DNA of 62,165 nucleotides, counting the filler, from Deltaproteobacteria bacterium (lineage in GTDB: Bacteria; JAUYMQ01): assembly GCA_030698575.1 (NCBI GenBank). It is 13 parts of 13 records of this genome, joined end to end, with 100 filler letters (N's around TTAATTAATTAA, not from the genome) between each part and the next. Parts side by side here need not be neighbours in the genome. Positions count along the whole stretch, not along the records: positions 1 to 4,920 come from JAUYMQ010000157.1; positions 5,021 to 17,362 come from JAUYMQ010000164.1; 11 more parts are not named here. One strand, given 5' to 3'. The first letter of the stretch is position 1. Every line of letters starts with the position of its first letter. The notes under the pieces are model-generated. The model saw only the letters and a list, made by a program, of their open reading frames with translations, was not told the origin of the DNA and made no database searches. A program made the position numbers and the translations under genes. Of this stretch, positions 1 to 9,541 are shown piece by piece.

Positions 1-10
1 GAGCAGTGGC

Positions 11-247
11 ATGAATGAGCCAGTAGGCGACCTCCGGCTGCTGCTCGCGGGTTTCAGCCAGGGAATGGGCTACGGGGCCCTCGCCGGGTGCCTCGCTTAC
101 GCCGGCGTGATCGTTACGGTGGAGGCAGCGCGGGAGGGGTCGCTCCTCGGAATTGCCGCCGGCATGGCGACGGCGATGGTGGGGGGCGCGGTCATCGGCG
201 GGTTCATCGGCGCCTACCGCAGGCTGCTGCGGCGCCCCAAAGCTTGA
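11..247 (+). CDS. Small hydrophobic membrane protein (may be 5'-partial)
   Basis: Two Gly/Ala-rich hydrophobic segments followed by a basic tail; lies at the contig edge. Confidence 0.4.
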   Translation: MNEPVGDLRLLLAGFSQGMGYGALAGCLAYAGVIVTVEAAREGSLLGIAAGMATAMVGGAVIGGFIGAYRRLLRRPKA

Positions 248-320
248 GCAGATCCCGATATCCGTCAAGTCGGCGGGCGCGGCGGCCGATCAGATACACA
301 GTTGTGGTTCAGTTCGCCGG

Positions 321-1001
321 ATGAGGTCTGGACGCTTGGACGCTTACGACGCGATCATCTTCGACTTCGGCAGGGTGCTGACGGCCTTCGCGCCGGACGA
401 GATCGCAAGAACGCTTCTCGGAGATCCCTCCCGGGCGCTGCGCGTGCGCCGCGCCATCTTCGCAGGTCCGCACTGGCGAGCGCTTGAACAGGGCCTCGTC
501 ACCGAGGCCGGGGCGTCGGCGCGGATTTCCGAGGCCAATCCCGACGAGGCGGAGGGCGTTCGGCGCTTCTTCGAACACTACAAGGATTTCCTCGGGCCCC
601 TCCCCTCGGGCGTGTCGGTGGTGGACAAAGTCCGGAAAGCGGGCCTGCGGATCTACGGGCTCCCGAACCTGAGCCGGGAAGCCTGGGAGGTCATGCAGCA
701 GCGGCCGGCGTTTCTCGAACTCTTCGACGGCGTCGTCGTCTCCTCGCACGAGCGCCTCATCAAACCCGATCCGGCGATCTTCGAAATACTACTCGAACGC
801 TATTCTCTCATCCCCAGCCGTTGCGTGTTCATCGATGACGTGCCGACCAACGTCGAGGCGGCGCGCCGCCTGGGCATCGACGGACTGCACTTCGAGAACC
901 ACCGGCAGATCACCCGCGCGCTCATCCGGCGCGGGATCCTCGCTGCGCCCGTCCCCAAGCGATCGCCAGGAACCATTCATCATTCCACCGTCATTCGATA
1001 G
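321..1001 (+). CDS. HAD-family phosphatase (YihX-like)
   Basis: IIFDFGRVL motif I, KPDPAIF and CVFIDD motifs; ATG at 321. Confidence 0.85.
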   Translation: MRSGRLDAYDAIIFDFGRVLTAFAPDEIARTLLGDPSRALRVRRAIFAGPHWRALEQGLVTEAGASARISEANPDEAEGVRRFFEHYKDFLGPLPSGVSVVDKVRKAGLRIYGLPNLSREAWEVMQQRPAFLELFDGVVVSSHERLIKPDPAIFEILLERYSLIPSRCVFIDDVPTNVEAARRLGIDGLHFENHRQITRALIRRGILAAPVPKRSPGTIHHSTVIR

Positions 1002-1338
1002 GGCCGGTTACCCGCCCCGGTAACGAAACAGACCCCCCGCCCACTCGCCGGGAACACCCTCTGGACAAACACCCGGATCTGTTGATACAAGTTCCGACAC
1101 CAGGGTTCCCGGCGTCAGGTCGTCCGCCACAGGGGCGTTCCGTCGCGGTGTTACCCGGCAAGCACACCGGGAGACGCGACCGCACCGCAGCTGTCGCGCA
1201 GCCGTTGGGCCCTTTACACACCCGTCTTCCAAACCGATTTTGATCGAGACTGCCCTCTCATGGGCACGACTCAAGATGAACCGTCCGGCAGCGACCGGAG
1301 AGTCATCTCGAAGGACGTCATCCAGAAGGATACACCGC

Positions 1339-3858
1339 ATGAAGATCGTAACGTTCGCATCAGAGGCGTTCTGCGTGCTCGCCCTCGCGGCGCTCGCGCT
1401 GGCTTCCCCGGCGATAGGGCAGCCGGCGCCCGGCGCACCGGGCTCTCCGAGCGCCACCACGAGCATCGACGGCAAGCAGCTCCCCGCGCCCGATCCGAAG
1501 TTCGGCGGGGTGATCGAGCCCAACGCCGCGCAGTCGAAGTCCTGGTGGCCGCCGCGAGTGGTGCCGCCGAAGGGCGCGCCCAACGTGCTGCTGATCATGA
1601 CCGACGACGTCGGTTTCGGCGCGCCGAGCACCTTCGGGGGCGTGATCCCGACTCCGGCGCTCGATCGCATCGCCAATGCAGGGCTCCGCTTCACGAACTT
1701 CCATTCGACGGCGCTCTGCTCGCCGACGCGTGCCGCGCTCATCACGGGGCGCAACCATCACTCCACGGGGTTCGGCGTCATCTCCGAGCAGGCGACCGGC
1801 TTCCCCGGCTACGACAGCATCATCAGCCGCGACAAGGCCACGATCGGCAAGATCCTGAAGGACAACGGCTACCGCACCTCCTGGTTCGGGAAAAACCACA
1901 ACACGCCGGCCTTTCAGGCAAACCCCACCGGGCCTTTCGACCAGTGGCCGATCGGCATGGGCTTCGAGTTCTTCTACGGGTTCATGGGCGGCGACACCAA
2001 TCAGTGGCAGCCGGCGAACCTTGTCCGGAACACGACGCCCATCTTCCCCTTCGTCGACAACCCCGGCTACAACCTCATCACCGCGATGGCCGACGAGGCC
2101 ATCGCCTACATGAACCGCCTCAACACGGTCACGCCGGAGCAGCCGTGGTTCGTCTATTACGTGCCGGGCGGCACGCACGCGCCGCACCACCCGACGCCTG
2201 AGTGGATCAAGAAGATCAGCGACATGCACCTGTTCGACAAGGGATGGAACGAACTGCGCGAGGAGATCTTCGCCAACCAAAAGAAGCTCGGCGTGATCCC
2301 GCAAGACGCGAAGATGACGCCCTGGCCGGACGATTTGCTGAAGAAGTGGGAAGCGCTGACCGCTGACGAGAAGAAGATGTTCCTCCGGCAGGTCGACGTG
2401 TACGCCGCATTCCTCGCCTACACCGATCACGGGATCGGCCGCGTGATCCAGGCCGTCGAGGACATGGGCAAGTTCGACAACACGCTCGTCATCTACATCA
2501 GCGGCGACAACGGCAGTAGCGCCGAGGGCACGATGACGGGCACGCCGAACGAGGTCGCGATGTTCAACGGTATCGAGGTGCCCGTCGAGGTCCAGCTCAA
2601 GGATTTTTACGACGTCTGGGGGTCCGACCAGACCTATAACCACATGACGGTGCCATGGACCTGGGCGTTCGACACGCCTTTCTCGTGGACCAAGCAGATC
2701 GCTTCGCACTTCGGCGGGATCCGTCAGGGCGTGGCGATTTCCTGGCCCGCTCGTATCAAGGACCGGGGCGGTGTCCGCCACCAGTTCCACCACGTGATCG
2801 ACGTCGCGCCGACGATCCTCGAGGCCACCGGCATCCCTGCGCCGCAAATGGTCGACGGCATCCCGCAGAGCCCGATCGAGGGCGTGAGCATGGCCTACAC
2901 CTTCGACAAGGCCAACGCGAAAGCGCCCTCGACCCACAAGACGCAATACTTCGAGATGTTCGGGAACTACGCGCTCTATCACGACGGGTGGATTGCAAGC
3001 GGCAAGGTGACGCGACCGCCATGGGTGACCTTCGCGCCGGCCAACCTGGATCCCGCCACGGCGACATGGGAATTGTACGACCTGACCAAGGACTGGACGC
3101 AGTCCAACGACATCGCCGCCGAGAACCCGGCCAAGCTGAAGGAGCTTCAGGACATGTTCTGGGTCGAGGCCAAGAAGTACCAGGTGCTGCCGCTCGACGC
3201 CTCGATAGCGAGCCGGCTTGTCACGCCACGCCCGAGCATCACAGCGGGCCGCACGGAGTTCACCTTTGCCGGCGAGCTGACGGGCACCCCGAACGGCGAC
3301 GCGCCAAGCATCCTCAACGCTTCCTACAACTTCAAGGCCGAAGTGGAGATCCCGCAGGGTGGCGCGGAAGGGGTGATCGTAACGCAGGGCGGGCGGTTCG
3401 GCGGCTACGGGTTCTACGTGCTGAAGGGCAAGCCGGTGTTCCTCTGGAACATGGTCGACCTGAAGCGGATTCGGTGGGAAGGCGCCGAGGCGCTCTCGCC
3501 CGGCAAGCACACGGTTGAATTCGACTTCACGTACGACGGCCTCGGCATGGGCACGCTTGCCTTCAACAGCCTGAGCGGCATCGGCCAGCCCGGGACGGGC
3601 GTGCTCAAGGTTGACGGCAAGGCGGTCGCCACCCAGAAGATGGAGCGCACGCTCCCGCTCATCCTCCAGTGGGACGAGAACTTCGACGTCGGCGCCGACA
3701 CCGGCACGCCGGTTGACGACCAGTACTACCAGGTGCCGTTCTAGTTCACCGGCAAGCTCAACAAGCTCACGCTCAAGATCGATCGCCCGAAGCTGACGCC
3801 CGCCGACGAGAAGCTCCTGACGGAGCAGGGCCAGCGCAACAACAAGGCCAGCGAGTAA
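1339..3858 (+). CDS. Secreted arylsulfatase with in-frame TAG at 3742-3744; the frame continues to TAA at 3858
   Basis: Signal peptide, PNVLLIMTDDVG, formylglycine motif CSPTRAALITG, GKNH; AGAAGGA RBS before ATG 1339; 37 further codons follow the TAG. Confidence 0.9.
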
Positions 3859-3907
3859 ATATGAGGGCCGAACGCCAAGAGGGTTATCCTCGACAGGAGC
3901 AACTCGC

Positions 3908-4720
3908 ATGAACAGATCATGGATGGGTCGCCTCCGCACACGACTGGTTGCGTCGGGGTTGGTCCTGATCGCCCTACCGGTTCTTCTCGCGGCAGGCCCC
4001 GTGCTGCCTGCCGGGAACGAGAAGCCTGGCGCTGAAGGCGCGCCCGTCGTCGACAAGCAGGCCGACGCGCTCCTCCACAAGATGGGCGACACCCTTCGTC
4101 AGGCGAAGGCTTTCAAGTTCCACGCGGAGATCACCTTCGACGACGTTCTCCCCTCGGGGCAAAAGATCCAGTACGCGGGCGCCATGCAGGCCTTCGTCCG
4201 GCGGCCAGATCGAATGTACGTCGCCTATCAGGATGACCTGAGCGCCAAGGAGTTCTGGTACGACGGCAAGACCGCGACGCTCGTGGACATTCCTCACAAC
4301 GTCTACTCGAGCGTCAAGGCGGGCTCCCAGATCGATTCTGCGCTGGACGGACTCGTCGCGGATTACGCGCTCACGCTCCCGCTCTCGCACCTGGCCTACA
4401 GCCAGCCCTACGACTCCATGATGAAGCAGGTGCGCTACGGGATCGATCTCGGGACGCACGATGTCGGGGGGATCGCCTGCCGCCATCTCGCTTTCGTGCA
4501 GAAGAACGCCGACTGGCAGATCTGGATCGAGGAAGGAAACCCGGTCGTCCCGCGGAAGGTCGTCATCACCTACAAGACCCTTCCGGGCGCCCCGCAGTAC
4601 TCGGCGACCTTCACCGGGTGGGATCTCAAGGCGAAACTCGCCGACGGGGAGTTCGCGGCGGTCGTCCCGAAGGATGCGAGTCAGATCGAATTCATCAAGG
4701 TGAAGGAGGCCGGGCGATGA
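3908..4720 (+). CDS. DUF2092 periplasmic (LolA-like) protein
   Basis: Signal peptide; RRPDR, YDGKT, HLAFVQ..DWQIWIE.G, ITYKTLPGAPQY. Confidence 0.8.
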   Translation: MNRSWMGRLRTRLVASGLVLIALPVLLAAGPVLPAGNEKPGAEGAPVVDKQADALLHKMGDTLRQAKAFKFHAEITFDDVLPSGQKIQYAGAMQAFVRRPDRMYVAYQDDLSAKEFWYDGKTATLVDIPHNVYSSVKAGSQIDSALDGLVADYALTLPLSHLAYSQPYDSMMKQVRYGIDLGTHDVGGIACRHLAFVQKNADWQIWIEEGNPVVPRKVVITYKTLPGAPQYSATFTGWDLKAKLADGEFAAVVPKDASQIEFIKVKEAGR

Positions 4721-4920
4721 AGCACACAGAAGCGAGAGAAACCCGGGCGATGTCCGGGATGCGGATAACCCTGGTGGCCACGTCGATCGCGGCGGTGCTG
4801 GCCGCGGGTAGCCCGGCCTTCGCCCGGGGCGGCGGTGGGCGGGGAGGCGGCGGGGGTGGCTTCGGAGGAGGCGGCTTCCACGGCGGTGGAGGCGGCGGCG
4901 GATTTGGCGGAGGCGGGGGC
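4717..4920 (+). CDS. Secreted Gly-rich protein, N-terminal fragment
   Basis: ATGA overlap with DUF2092; signal peptide ending AFA, then GGGRGGGGGFGG; cut by the contig end. Confidence 0.6.
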
Positions 4921-5020
4921 NNNNNNNNNNNNNNNNNNNNNNNNNNNNNNNNNNNNNNNNNNNNTTAATTAATTAANNNNNNNNNNNNNNNNNNNNNNNN
5001 NNNNNNNNNNNNNNNNNNNN
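4921..5020. other. Artificial contig spacer. Identical spacers at 17363-17462, 20160-20259, 25945-26044, 32475-32574, 35496-35595, 39253-39352, 46059-46158, 49038-49137, 52075-52174, 55332-55431, 58628-58727
   Basis: N runs flanking TTAATTAATTAA, which gives stops in all six frames. Confidence 0.99.
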
Positions 5021-5434
5021 GCCCCCGACGCGCCGGTGCTGGCGCGTGAGGCGCTGGCCCGGATTGCGCCGGACCGGTGGGGCACGCTGCGTTTCGCGCT
5101 GAGCCCGTCGCTCCAGATCCTGACCCTGGGATCTCCCGTGCAGACGATCCGCAAGGCCTACGACCAAGGAGGGACGGAATCCGTCGCCGGCGCAACGGCG
5201 CCCCGGGAGACCACCCACCTGCGCGTCTGGCGCAAGCGCGAGCGCGTGTTCTACGCGCCGATGCCCCTCCGCGAGCACACGGCGATCGATCACCTGCGAG
5301 GCGGCGCCTCCTTCGGCGATCTTTGCGGCGCCATCGCCCTCGAGACCGGGGAGGGGGCCGCCCCCCGTGAGGCGCTCGCACTGCTCGAGTGCTGGCTCGC
5401 CGACCACCTGCTTTCCGAAGCTCATCTTTCTTGA
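5021..5434 (+). CDS. C-terminal part of a DUF2063/HvfC-like putative DNA-binding or RiPP-partner protein
   Basis: LRFALSPSLQ, LRVWR, E..A..L..GASFGDLC, LECWLADHLL pattern; 5'-truncated. Confidence 0.55.
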   Translation, partial: APDAPVLAREALARIAPDRWGTLRFALSPSLQILTLGSPVQTIRKAYDQGGTESVAGATAPRETTHLRVWRKRERVFYAPMPLREHTAIDHLRGGASFGDLCGAIALETGEGAAPREALALLECWLADHLLSEAHLS

Positions 5435-5459
5435 CTTTCGCCAAAATTTCGCCCAATCT
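5431..5459 (+). promoter_or_regulatory. Sigma70 promoter of lexA-dinB with a candidate LexA direct-repeat operator
   Basis: TTGACT-N17-CAATCT; TTTCGCC at 5436 and 5447 (11-bp period). Confidence 0.55.
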
Positions 5460-5515
5460 GTGGACGGATTCAAGGGAGCGACAGCGGGTCGACGGGCCCG
5501 CTGAAGGGGGTTCGC

Positions 5516-6118
5516 ATGCCGGTGACGAAGCGACAGAGAGAAGTGCTCGACTTCGTGGGCGAGTTCATCGAGCGGCGCGGCTACGCTCCGAGCCTCGAGG
5601 AGATCGGACGCGGGCTCAAGCTCTCGTCCGTCTCCACCGTCCACAAGCACCTGAAGAACCTCGAGGCGAAGGGGATGCTCTCGCGGGAGTGGAACCGGAG
5701 CCGCTCGCTTACGGTGACTCCGCCGCCGGCCAAGGCCGGCGCCGTGAACATTCCGCTCCTGGGCACCATCGCCGCGGGCGCTCCCATCGAGGCCGTTACT
5801 AACCCCGACAGCATCGCGGTCCCCGCCGACCTCGTCGGCAGGCGAAAGGCCTTCGCCCTTCGCGTCAAGGGCGATTCGATGATCGACGAGCACATCTGCG
5901 ACGGCGACGTTGTAATCGTCGAAGCGCGCGATACCGCGCGCAACGGCGAGACGGTCGTCGCGCTCATCGACGGCCATGACGCCACGCTCAAGAAGTTCCA
6001 GCGCCAGGGAAACTGCGTGAAGCTTATTCCTGCGAACTCCGCAATGGATCCCATCGTGGTCTCCGACCGTGAACTGCGCATCCAGGGGGTCGTGATCGGG
6101 ATTCTCAGGACCTACTGA
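5516..6118 (+). CDS. lexA: Transcriptional repressor LexA
   Basis: wHTH GYAPSLEEIG, IAAG cleavage site, GDSM catalytic Ser, TLKK catalytic Lys. Confidence 0.95.
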   Translation: MPVTKRQREVLDFVGEFIERRGYAPSLEEIGRGLKLSSVSTVHKHLKNLEAKGMLSREWNRSRSLTVTPPPAKAGAVNIPLLGTIAAGAPIEAVTNPDSIAVPADLVGRRKAFALRVKGDSMIDEHICDGDVVIVEARDTARNGETVVALIDGHDATLKKFQRQGNCVKLIPANSAMDPIVVSDRELRIQGVVIGILRTY

Positions 6119-6121
6119 CGC

Positions 6122-7318
6122 ATGGCCGAACCCGCCGCTCGCGTCATCGTTCACATCGACATGGACGCCTTCTTCGTGGAGGTGGAGCGCCTTCACGATC
6201 CCGCCTTGCGCGGCAAGCCGGTCGTCGTGGGGGGCGATCCCGACGGGCGAGGCGTTGTGGCGGCCTCGAGCTACGAGGCGCGAAAATTCGGTGTGCACTC
6301 CGCCATGCCGCTGCGCACAGCGAAGCGCCTCTGCCCCCAGGCCGTCTTCGTGCAGCACCACCGGGGACGTTACAGCGAGGCCTCGGAGGAAGTCTTCGAC
6401 ATCCTCGAGGTCTTCGCGCCCGTCGTCCAGCCCGTTTCCATCGATGAGGCCTACCTCGATCTCACCGGCACCGAACGCCTCTACGGCGCGCCCGACGCAG
6501 CCGTGACGGAACTACGCGCCCACATCCGCCGGAAGACCGGGCTCCCTTCTTCGGCCGGCATCGGCGGCTCCAAGCTTGTGACGAAGATCGCGAGCGGCCT
6601 GGCCAAGCCCGATGGGCAGCGCCGGGTACGCGTCGGCGATGAGCGCGCCTTCCTGGCGCCTCTCGCCATCTCGATTATCCCGGGCGTCGGCAAGGTCGGA
6701 GAGCGGCGGCTCCGTGAGGGCGGGGTGCGGACGATCGGGGATCTCGATCGGCTGGGGCGGCCCCGGCTCGAGGCCTGGCTCGGGGAGTCGGGTGTGTGGC
6801 TCTGGGAGTGCTCGCAGGGGATTGATGAACGCGAGGTGCAGCCCGGTGGCGACCCGAAATCGATTGGTCGGGAGACAACCTTTTGGGAGGACACAGGCGA
6901 CGCCGAATTCCTGGAGTCAACGCTTCACCATCTGGCCGAGCGGGCCGCTTCGCGACTCAGGCGGCACGGCATGCGCGCGCGCACGGTCAACGTCAAGTTC
7001 CGCACGAGCGATTTCCGGACCTCCACCCGCGCCCGCACGCTCAAAGCCCCGAGCTGGCGCGATGCCGATCTTATTCCCGCAGCTTTGGAGCTGTTCCGCC
7101 AGCTCTTTCACGACGAGCGCGGCGGCCGGGCGAAGGTCCGGCTGCTGGGCGCCTACTTCTCGGGGCTGTCACGCGAGGCGGCGCAGATGGATCTTCTCGA
7201 GGGGGAGCGGGAGCGGCGCGAGGAGAACCTCATCCGTTCGGTCGACGCCATCCGCGATCGCTTCGGCGACGGCGCCATCGTCGTCGGCAAGGTCATCCGC
7301 TATCTGGAAGAGGAATAA
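6122..7318 (+). CDS. dinB: DNA polymerase IV (Y family)
   Basis: HIDMDAFF, SYEARKFGV, SIDEAYLD, KIASGLAKPDG; QMDLL clamp-binding motif. Confidence 0.95.
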   Translation: MAEPAARVIVHIDMDAFFVEVERLHDPALRGKPVVVGGDPDGRGVVAASSYEARKFGVHSAMPLRTAKRLCPQAVFVQHHRGRYSEASEEVFDILEVFAPVVQPVSIDEAYLDLTGTERLYGAPDAAVTELRAHIRRKTGLPSSAGIGGSKLVTKIASGLAKPDGQRRVRVGDERAFLAPLAISIIPGVGKVGERRLREGGVRTIGDLDRLGRPRLEAWLGESGVWLWECSQGIDEREVQPGGDPKSIGRETTFWEDTGDAEFLESTLHHLAERAASRLRRHGMRARTVNVKFRTSDFRTSTRARTLKAPSWRDADLIPAALELFRQLFHDERGGRAKVRLLGAYFSGLSREAAQMDLLEGERERREENLIRSVDAIRDRFGDGAIVVGKVIRYLEEE

Positions 7319-7394
7319 GTGGGACAGTCCCTCTTTTTTTGTCTTTGGCAGGCACGGTTTTTTCAAAGTGAAAAGAGGGACTGTCCCACTTATT
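7314..7394. repeat. Perfect 24-bp inverted repeat between convergent genes (REP-like or bidirectional terminator)
   Basis: AATAAGTGGGACAGTCCCTCTTTT at 7314-7337 and its reverse complement at 7371-7394. Confidence 0.85.
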
Positions 7395-8825
7395 TCAGAA
7401 CGTGTACTGGAAGATGAAGTAGAGGAAGTTGATGTCCTTCGAGGGGCCGGACTGACGGATGAACTCCTCGGCGAAGAAGCGGCTGTAGCCGCCGATGAGT
7501 TGCGTGTGGAGGTCGAGCTGGTAGGACGCCGTCAGATCGATCTCGGAGCCGATATCGCGGGAGGTCCCGGAGGAACCCGGTCGCGCCACGCCGCCGCCGG
7601 CGTTGTAGAGCGCGTCGTTGTCGCTGGCCCGCCAGAAGTAAAGGTACTCGGCTTTCAGCAGCGCCTTGTAGACAGGCGCGTAGGAAATGCCGACGTTCGG
7701 GGAGCTGATGTTCTGGCGCGCGACGGTGTCGATGTATCCGAAGTAGGCGTGGCCGAGCGGGAAGAGCTGGTTGAAGGTCTGTACGTCGGCGTCGCCCACG
7801 CCGCCATCGCCGGACGCGTAGTCATAGCCGGCGTACAGGCGGGGCTTACCGCGGGTGTCCCCGAAGGTGTAACCCAGGTTCGTCGAGACCATGTAGGCGT
7901 GGATGTTCCCCGGGCCGATCGTCCCGAACTGGAAGGCCCCCTCCATGTCGTAATCGAAATCCGAGTCGCCGATCTTTCCCCAGGCGCGCGCCCCTAGCGT
8001 CTGGCGCTTCTCCTCACCCGTCGTGCCGTTGAACCCTGCCTTGTTGCGATGCAGGCCCAGCCAGTACAGATCGAAGCCCCCCTTCATACGGGCAACTGTC
8101 CTTGACGCGTAGATGCCGTAGAAGTCCACGTCCTCGTTCGGTTCGTTCGCATCGTACTTGAGGACCGTAACGGGTCGAGTCAAAAAGCCTGTGGCGGTCC
8201 AGGCGCCGGCCTTCACGATGGCCGAGACGCCGTCGAAGGTGCGCCGCGTGTTCGACCAGTCGAGCGGACTCGCGAGGCGCTGCTTGCCGAAAAGCAGTTC
8301 CTGCCGCCCCACGCGGATGGTCAGATCGGCGTCGGCCGGAAGCGGAATCATGGCGTCGATGAAGCCATTCTGCAGATCGAATTCGTCGGCGTCGAGCGTT
8401 CGACAGCCGCCCACCAGATCGCGGCTTGTGCAGAAGGCGCTCTTCCCCTGGACGAAAATACGGAACTGCTCGCCGAGGTGGAGATCGAGATGATAGAGCG
8501 CGCGGTTCAACACGAACACGTCGTCATCGTCGGCCGTCGGGGGCGCGCCGAAGTTGAAGCGCGTCCACCCCTCGAGGCGCATGCGGTACTGCCCACCGAA
8601 GCTCGCCCACACTTTTCCGTCATCGGTCAGCGCGATGTACTTGATCGGATCAAAGATATCGTCGGGGCGGTTGGGATCTTCGTGCGCGAGGACCGACCAG
8701 TCCTCGTTGAAGGGCAAGACCTGATACTTGGGGTGCGGATAGGCCGGTGCGCCCTGCTGGGCGATTGCGCGAGCAGGGCCGAGGCATAGCGCCAGAGCCG
8801 CCACAAGGACGAACCCCCTCACCAT
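7395..8825 (-). CDS. Alginate-export (AlgE-like) outer-membrane beta-barrel
   Basis: Signal peptide; GRQELLFGKQRL..PLDWSNTRRTFDG, TFNQLFPLGHAYFG; C-terminal Phe (QYTF). Confidence 0.85.
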   Translation of the reverse strand: MVRGFVLVAALALCLGPARAIAQQGAPAYPHPKYQVLPFNEDWSVLAHEDPNRPDDIFDPIKYIALTDDGKVWASFGGQYRMRLEGWTRFNFGAPPTADDDDVFVLNRALYHLDLHLGEQFRIFVQGKSAFCTSRDLVGGCRTLDADEFDLQNGFIDAMIPLPADADLTIRVGRQELLFGKQRLASPLDWSNTRRTFDGVSAIVKAGAWTATGFLTRPVTVLKYDANEPNEDVDFYGIYASRTVARMKGGFDLYWLGLHRNKAGFNGTTGEEKRQTLGARAWGKIGDSDFDYDMEGAFQFGTIGPGNIHAYMVSTNLGYTFGDTRGKPRLYAGYDYASGDGGVGDADVQTFNQLFPLGHAYFGYIDTVARQNISSPNVGISYAPVYKALLKAEYLYFWRASDNDALYNAGGGVARPGSSGTSRDIGSEIDLTASYQLDLHTQLIGGYSRFFAEEFIRQSGPSKDINFLYFIFQYTF

Positions 8826-8857
8826 ATTCCCCCTCGCGCGCGGCCAGCGGCCTCGGC

Positions 8858-9541
8858 TCAGGCCGTGCGCGCCGCGGTCCGCTCTCCCGCGTCCGAGCCC
8901 AAGCGGGCTGCGTCGGATACGACGAAGCGCTCGAGCAACTCCCCGGCGGCCGCGTAGAACGGCCCTTCGGCCGTCATGGCCAGGCGCTCGCGGAGCCTTC
9001 CGCTCCATCTGCCCAGATGATCCTTGAGAAAAGCGCGCTGCGCCTCGCGGCAGATCTGAGCCTGCTCCTCCTGGCCGCCGCTCTGGCCCGCCACCAGCTC
9101 CTTCACTGCGAGGAGATGCATGAACTCCAGCTCCACCGCGATGTGATCGGGGCGTTCGGTGCCGGGCTCGACCTCCACGCCGAAGGCGCGGTAAAAGCCG
9201 GCGATGTCGGCCAGCTCGAAGGTCTTCACCAGCGCGTGCTGCGGCGTATCGGCCGTGTGAGCGGTTTCGTTGGGCGGGCAGCGCAGGCCGCCCGCGGGCT
9301 CGAAGGTTTCCGCGTAGCACCGCTCCAGGCTCTCAGCCGTCGCGGTCGCGAGGGAGGAAGTCAGTTCATCAAGCGCGCCGAAGAGTTGCTTGTCGGCGCC
9401 CAGCCGTGCCAGCGCGGCGCGAAGCTCGTCGAGCTTCTCCTCGCGGAGCTCCGTCAGCAAGCGGGGCCCCGGTGTGTGAAAGAGCAGGGCGAGCATGGCG
9501 TAGACGTGGGCGCGGTCCCGATTCCCGTCCGATTGGATCAT
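8858..9541 (-). CDS. TorD/DmsD-family molybdoenzyme maturation chaperone
   Basis: ADIAGFYRAFG, ERPDHIAVELEFM, FLKDHLGRW. Confidence 0.9.
   Translation of the reverse strand: MIQSDGNRDRAHVYAMLALLFHTPGPRLLTELREEKLDELRAALARLGADKQLFGALDELTSSLATATAESLERCYAETFEPAGGLRCPPNETAHTADTPQHALVKTFELADIAGFYRAFGVEVEPGTERPDHIAVELEFMHLLAVKELVAGQSGGQEEQAQICREAQRAFLKDHLGRWSGRLRERLAMTAEGPFYAAAGELLERFVVSDAARLGSDAGERTAARTA

Noticed and set aside
3742-3744. Genome-wide TAG reassignment
   Set aside because: TAG ends several intact genes here (for example at 1001, 23882, 25902), and no pyl genes are visible
1360-4092. 910-aa antisense ORF, plus similar long shadows (13178-15133, 27553-29868, 41930-43438, 56089-57465)
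   Set aside because: Antisense shadows of real high-GC genes; no motifs of their own
4921-5020. TTAATTAATTAA recurring 12 times, and ORFs ending in X runs
   Set aside because: Artificial contig linker; not a biological repeat, CRISPR or att site
8826-9320. N-terminal extension of the 641-aa porin ORF
   Set aside because: It overlaps the TorD-like gene in another frame; the signal peptide starts at ATG 8825
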